IMG/VR virus record: IMGVR_UViG_3300046653_000093
Span: 124,001-188,000 of that record
Strand: one strand, 5' to 3'
DNA length: 64,000 bases
The position numbers and the translations under genes were made by a program. Every line of letters begins with the position of its first letter. Position 1 is the stretch's first letter. The notes under the pieces are model-generated. The model did not search any database. It had not been told where the DNA came from and was given only the letters and a program-made list of their open reading frames with translations. Shown one piece after another: positions 63,723-64,000 of this stretch.

Positions 63723-64000
63723 TTATGTAAGCGGAGGCGAGAAGTAGAACAGAGCACGGAATGCTCCACCACTTGGGTTCAGGATTGTTCCTGATGGGCT
63801 CAAGGCAGCCGTTACCAATGTGACCGGGGTTGTTACCAAGCTTCCACCCTTATAAGATTCGAAGTTCAAGAACCTTCCGACAATTGCATAACCATCAGAG
63901 TCAAAGTTCACCGAAGCGTTAGGTGTCAACAGACCAGCAGCCGTTGCGTACAACGGAGCACCAATCTTGAGGCTTGAGTTAGTTGGTACCAAGCCCGTGA
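63723..64000 (-). CDS. Head decoration/cement-like protein (partial, runs off right edge)
   Basis: LKIGAPLYATAAGLLT...AIVGRF pattern; directly upstream of the capsid gene; frame open to the window end. Confidence 0.6.
   Translation of the reverse strand, partial: TGLVPTNSSLKIGAPLYATAAGLLTPNASVNFDSDGYAIVGRFLNFESYKGGSLVTTPVTLVTAALSPSGTILNPSGGAFRALFYFSPPLT

Overview
This window is the virion structural and morphogenesis region of a large (jumbo-type) contractile-tailed phage. It is about 40% GC by eye, uses the standard code, and essentially all genes lie on the - strand. Reading right to left, the gene order is: head decoration protein (partial); HK97-like major capsid protein; a cluster of modular fiber/decoration proteins (collagen-like, beta-helix, SGNH-esterase, Ig-like); IscS-like cysteine desulfurase; HNH nuclease; cold-shock protein; three paralogous head-tail-adaptor-like proteins; an HExxH protein; neck proteins; LAGLIDADG and HNH homing endonucleases; tail sheath, tube and chaperone pair; tape measure; tube initiator; hub; spike; gp25-, gpJ- and gpI-like wedge proteins; a dockerin-containing tail protein; a tiny lipoprotein; and GT4 and GT2 glycosyltransferases. 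The most striking unexplained signal is the tripeptide Asp-Gly-Tyr (DGY). It occurs about 70 times (hand count) in 16 virion proteins, with varied codons, often in arrays inside loop insertions. It is absent from the tube, tape measure, hub, spike, capsid protein and all enzymes. This points to a virion-wide protein-level tag, possibly a Tyr-modification (e.g. glycosylation) sequon served by the adjacent glycosyltransferases. Other notable signals are two recurrent intergenic motifs (candidate phage promoters), a 35-bp tandem duplication that frameshifts a tailspike gene, a likely +1 chaperone frameshift, and His/Cys-rich inserts. All product calls come from motif recognition and synteny, not from database searches.
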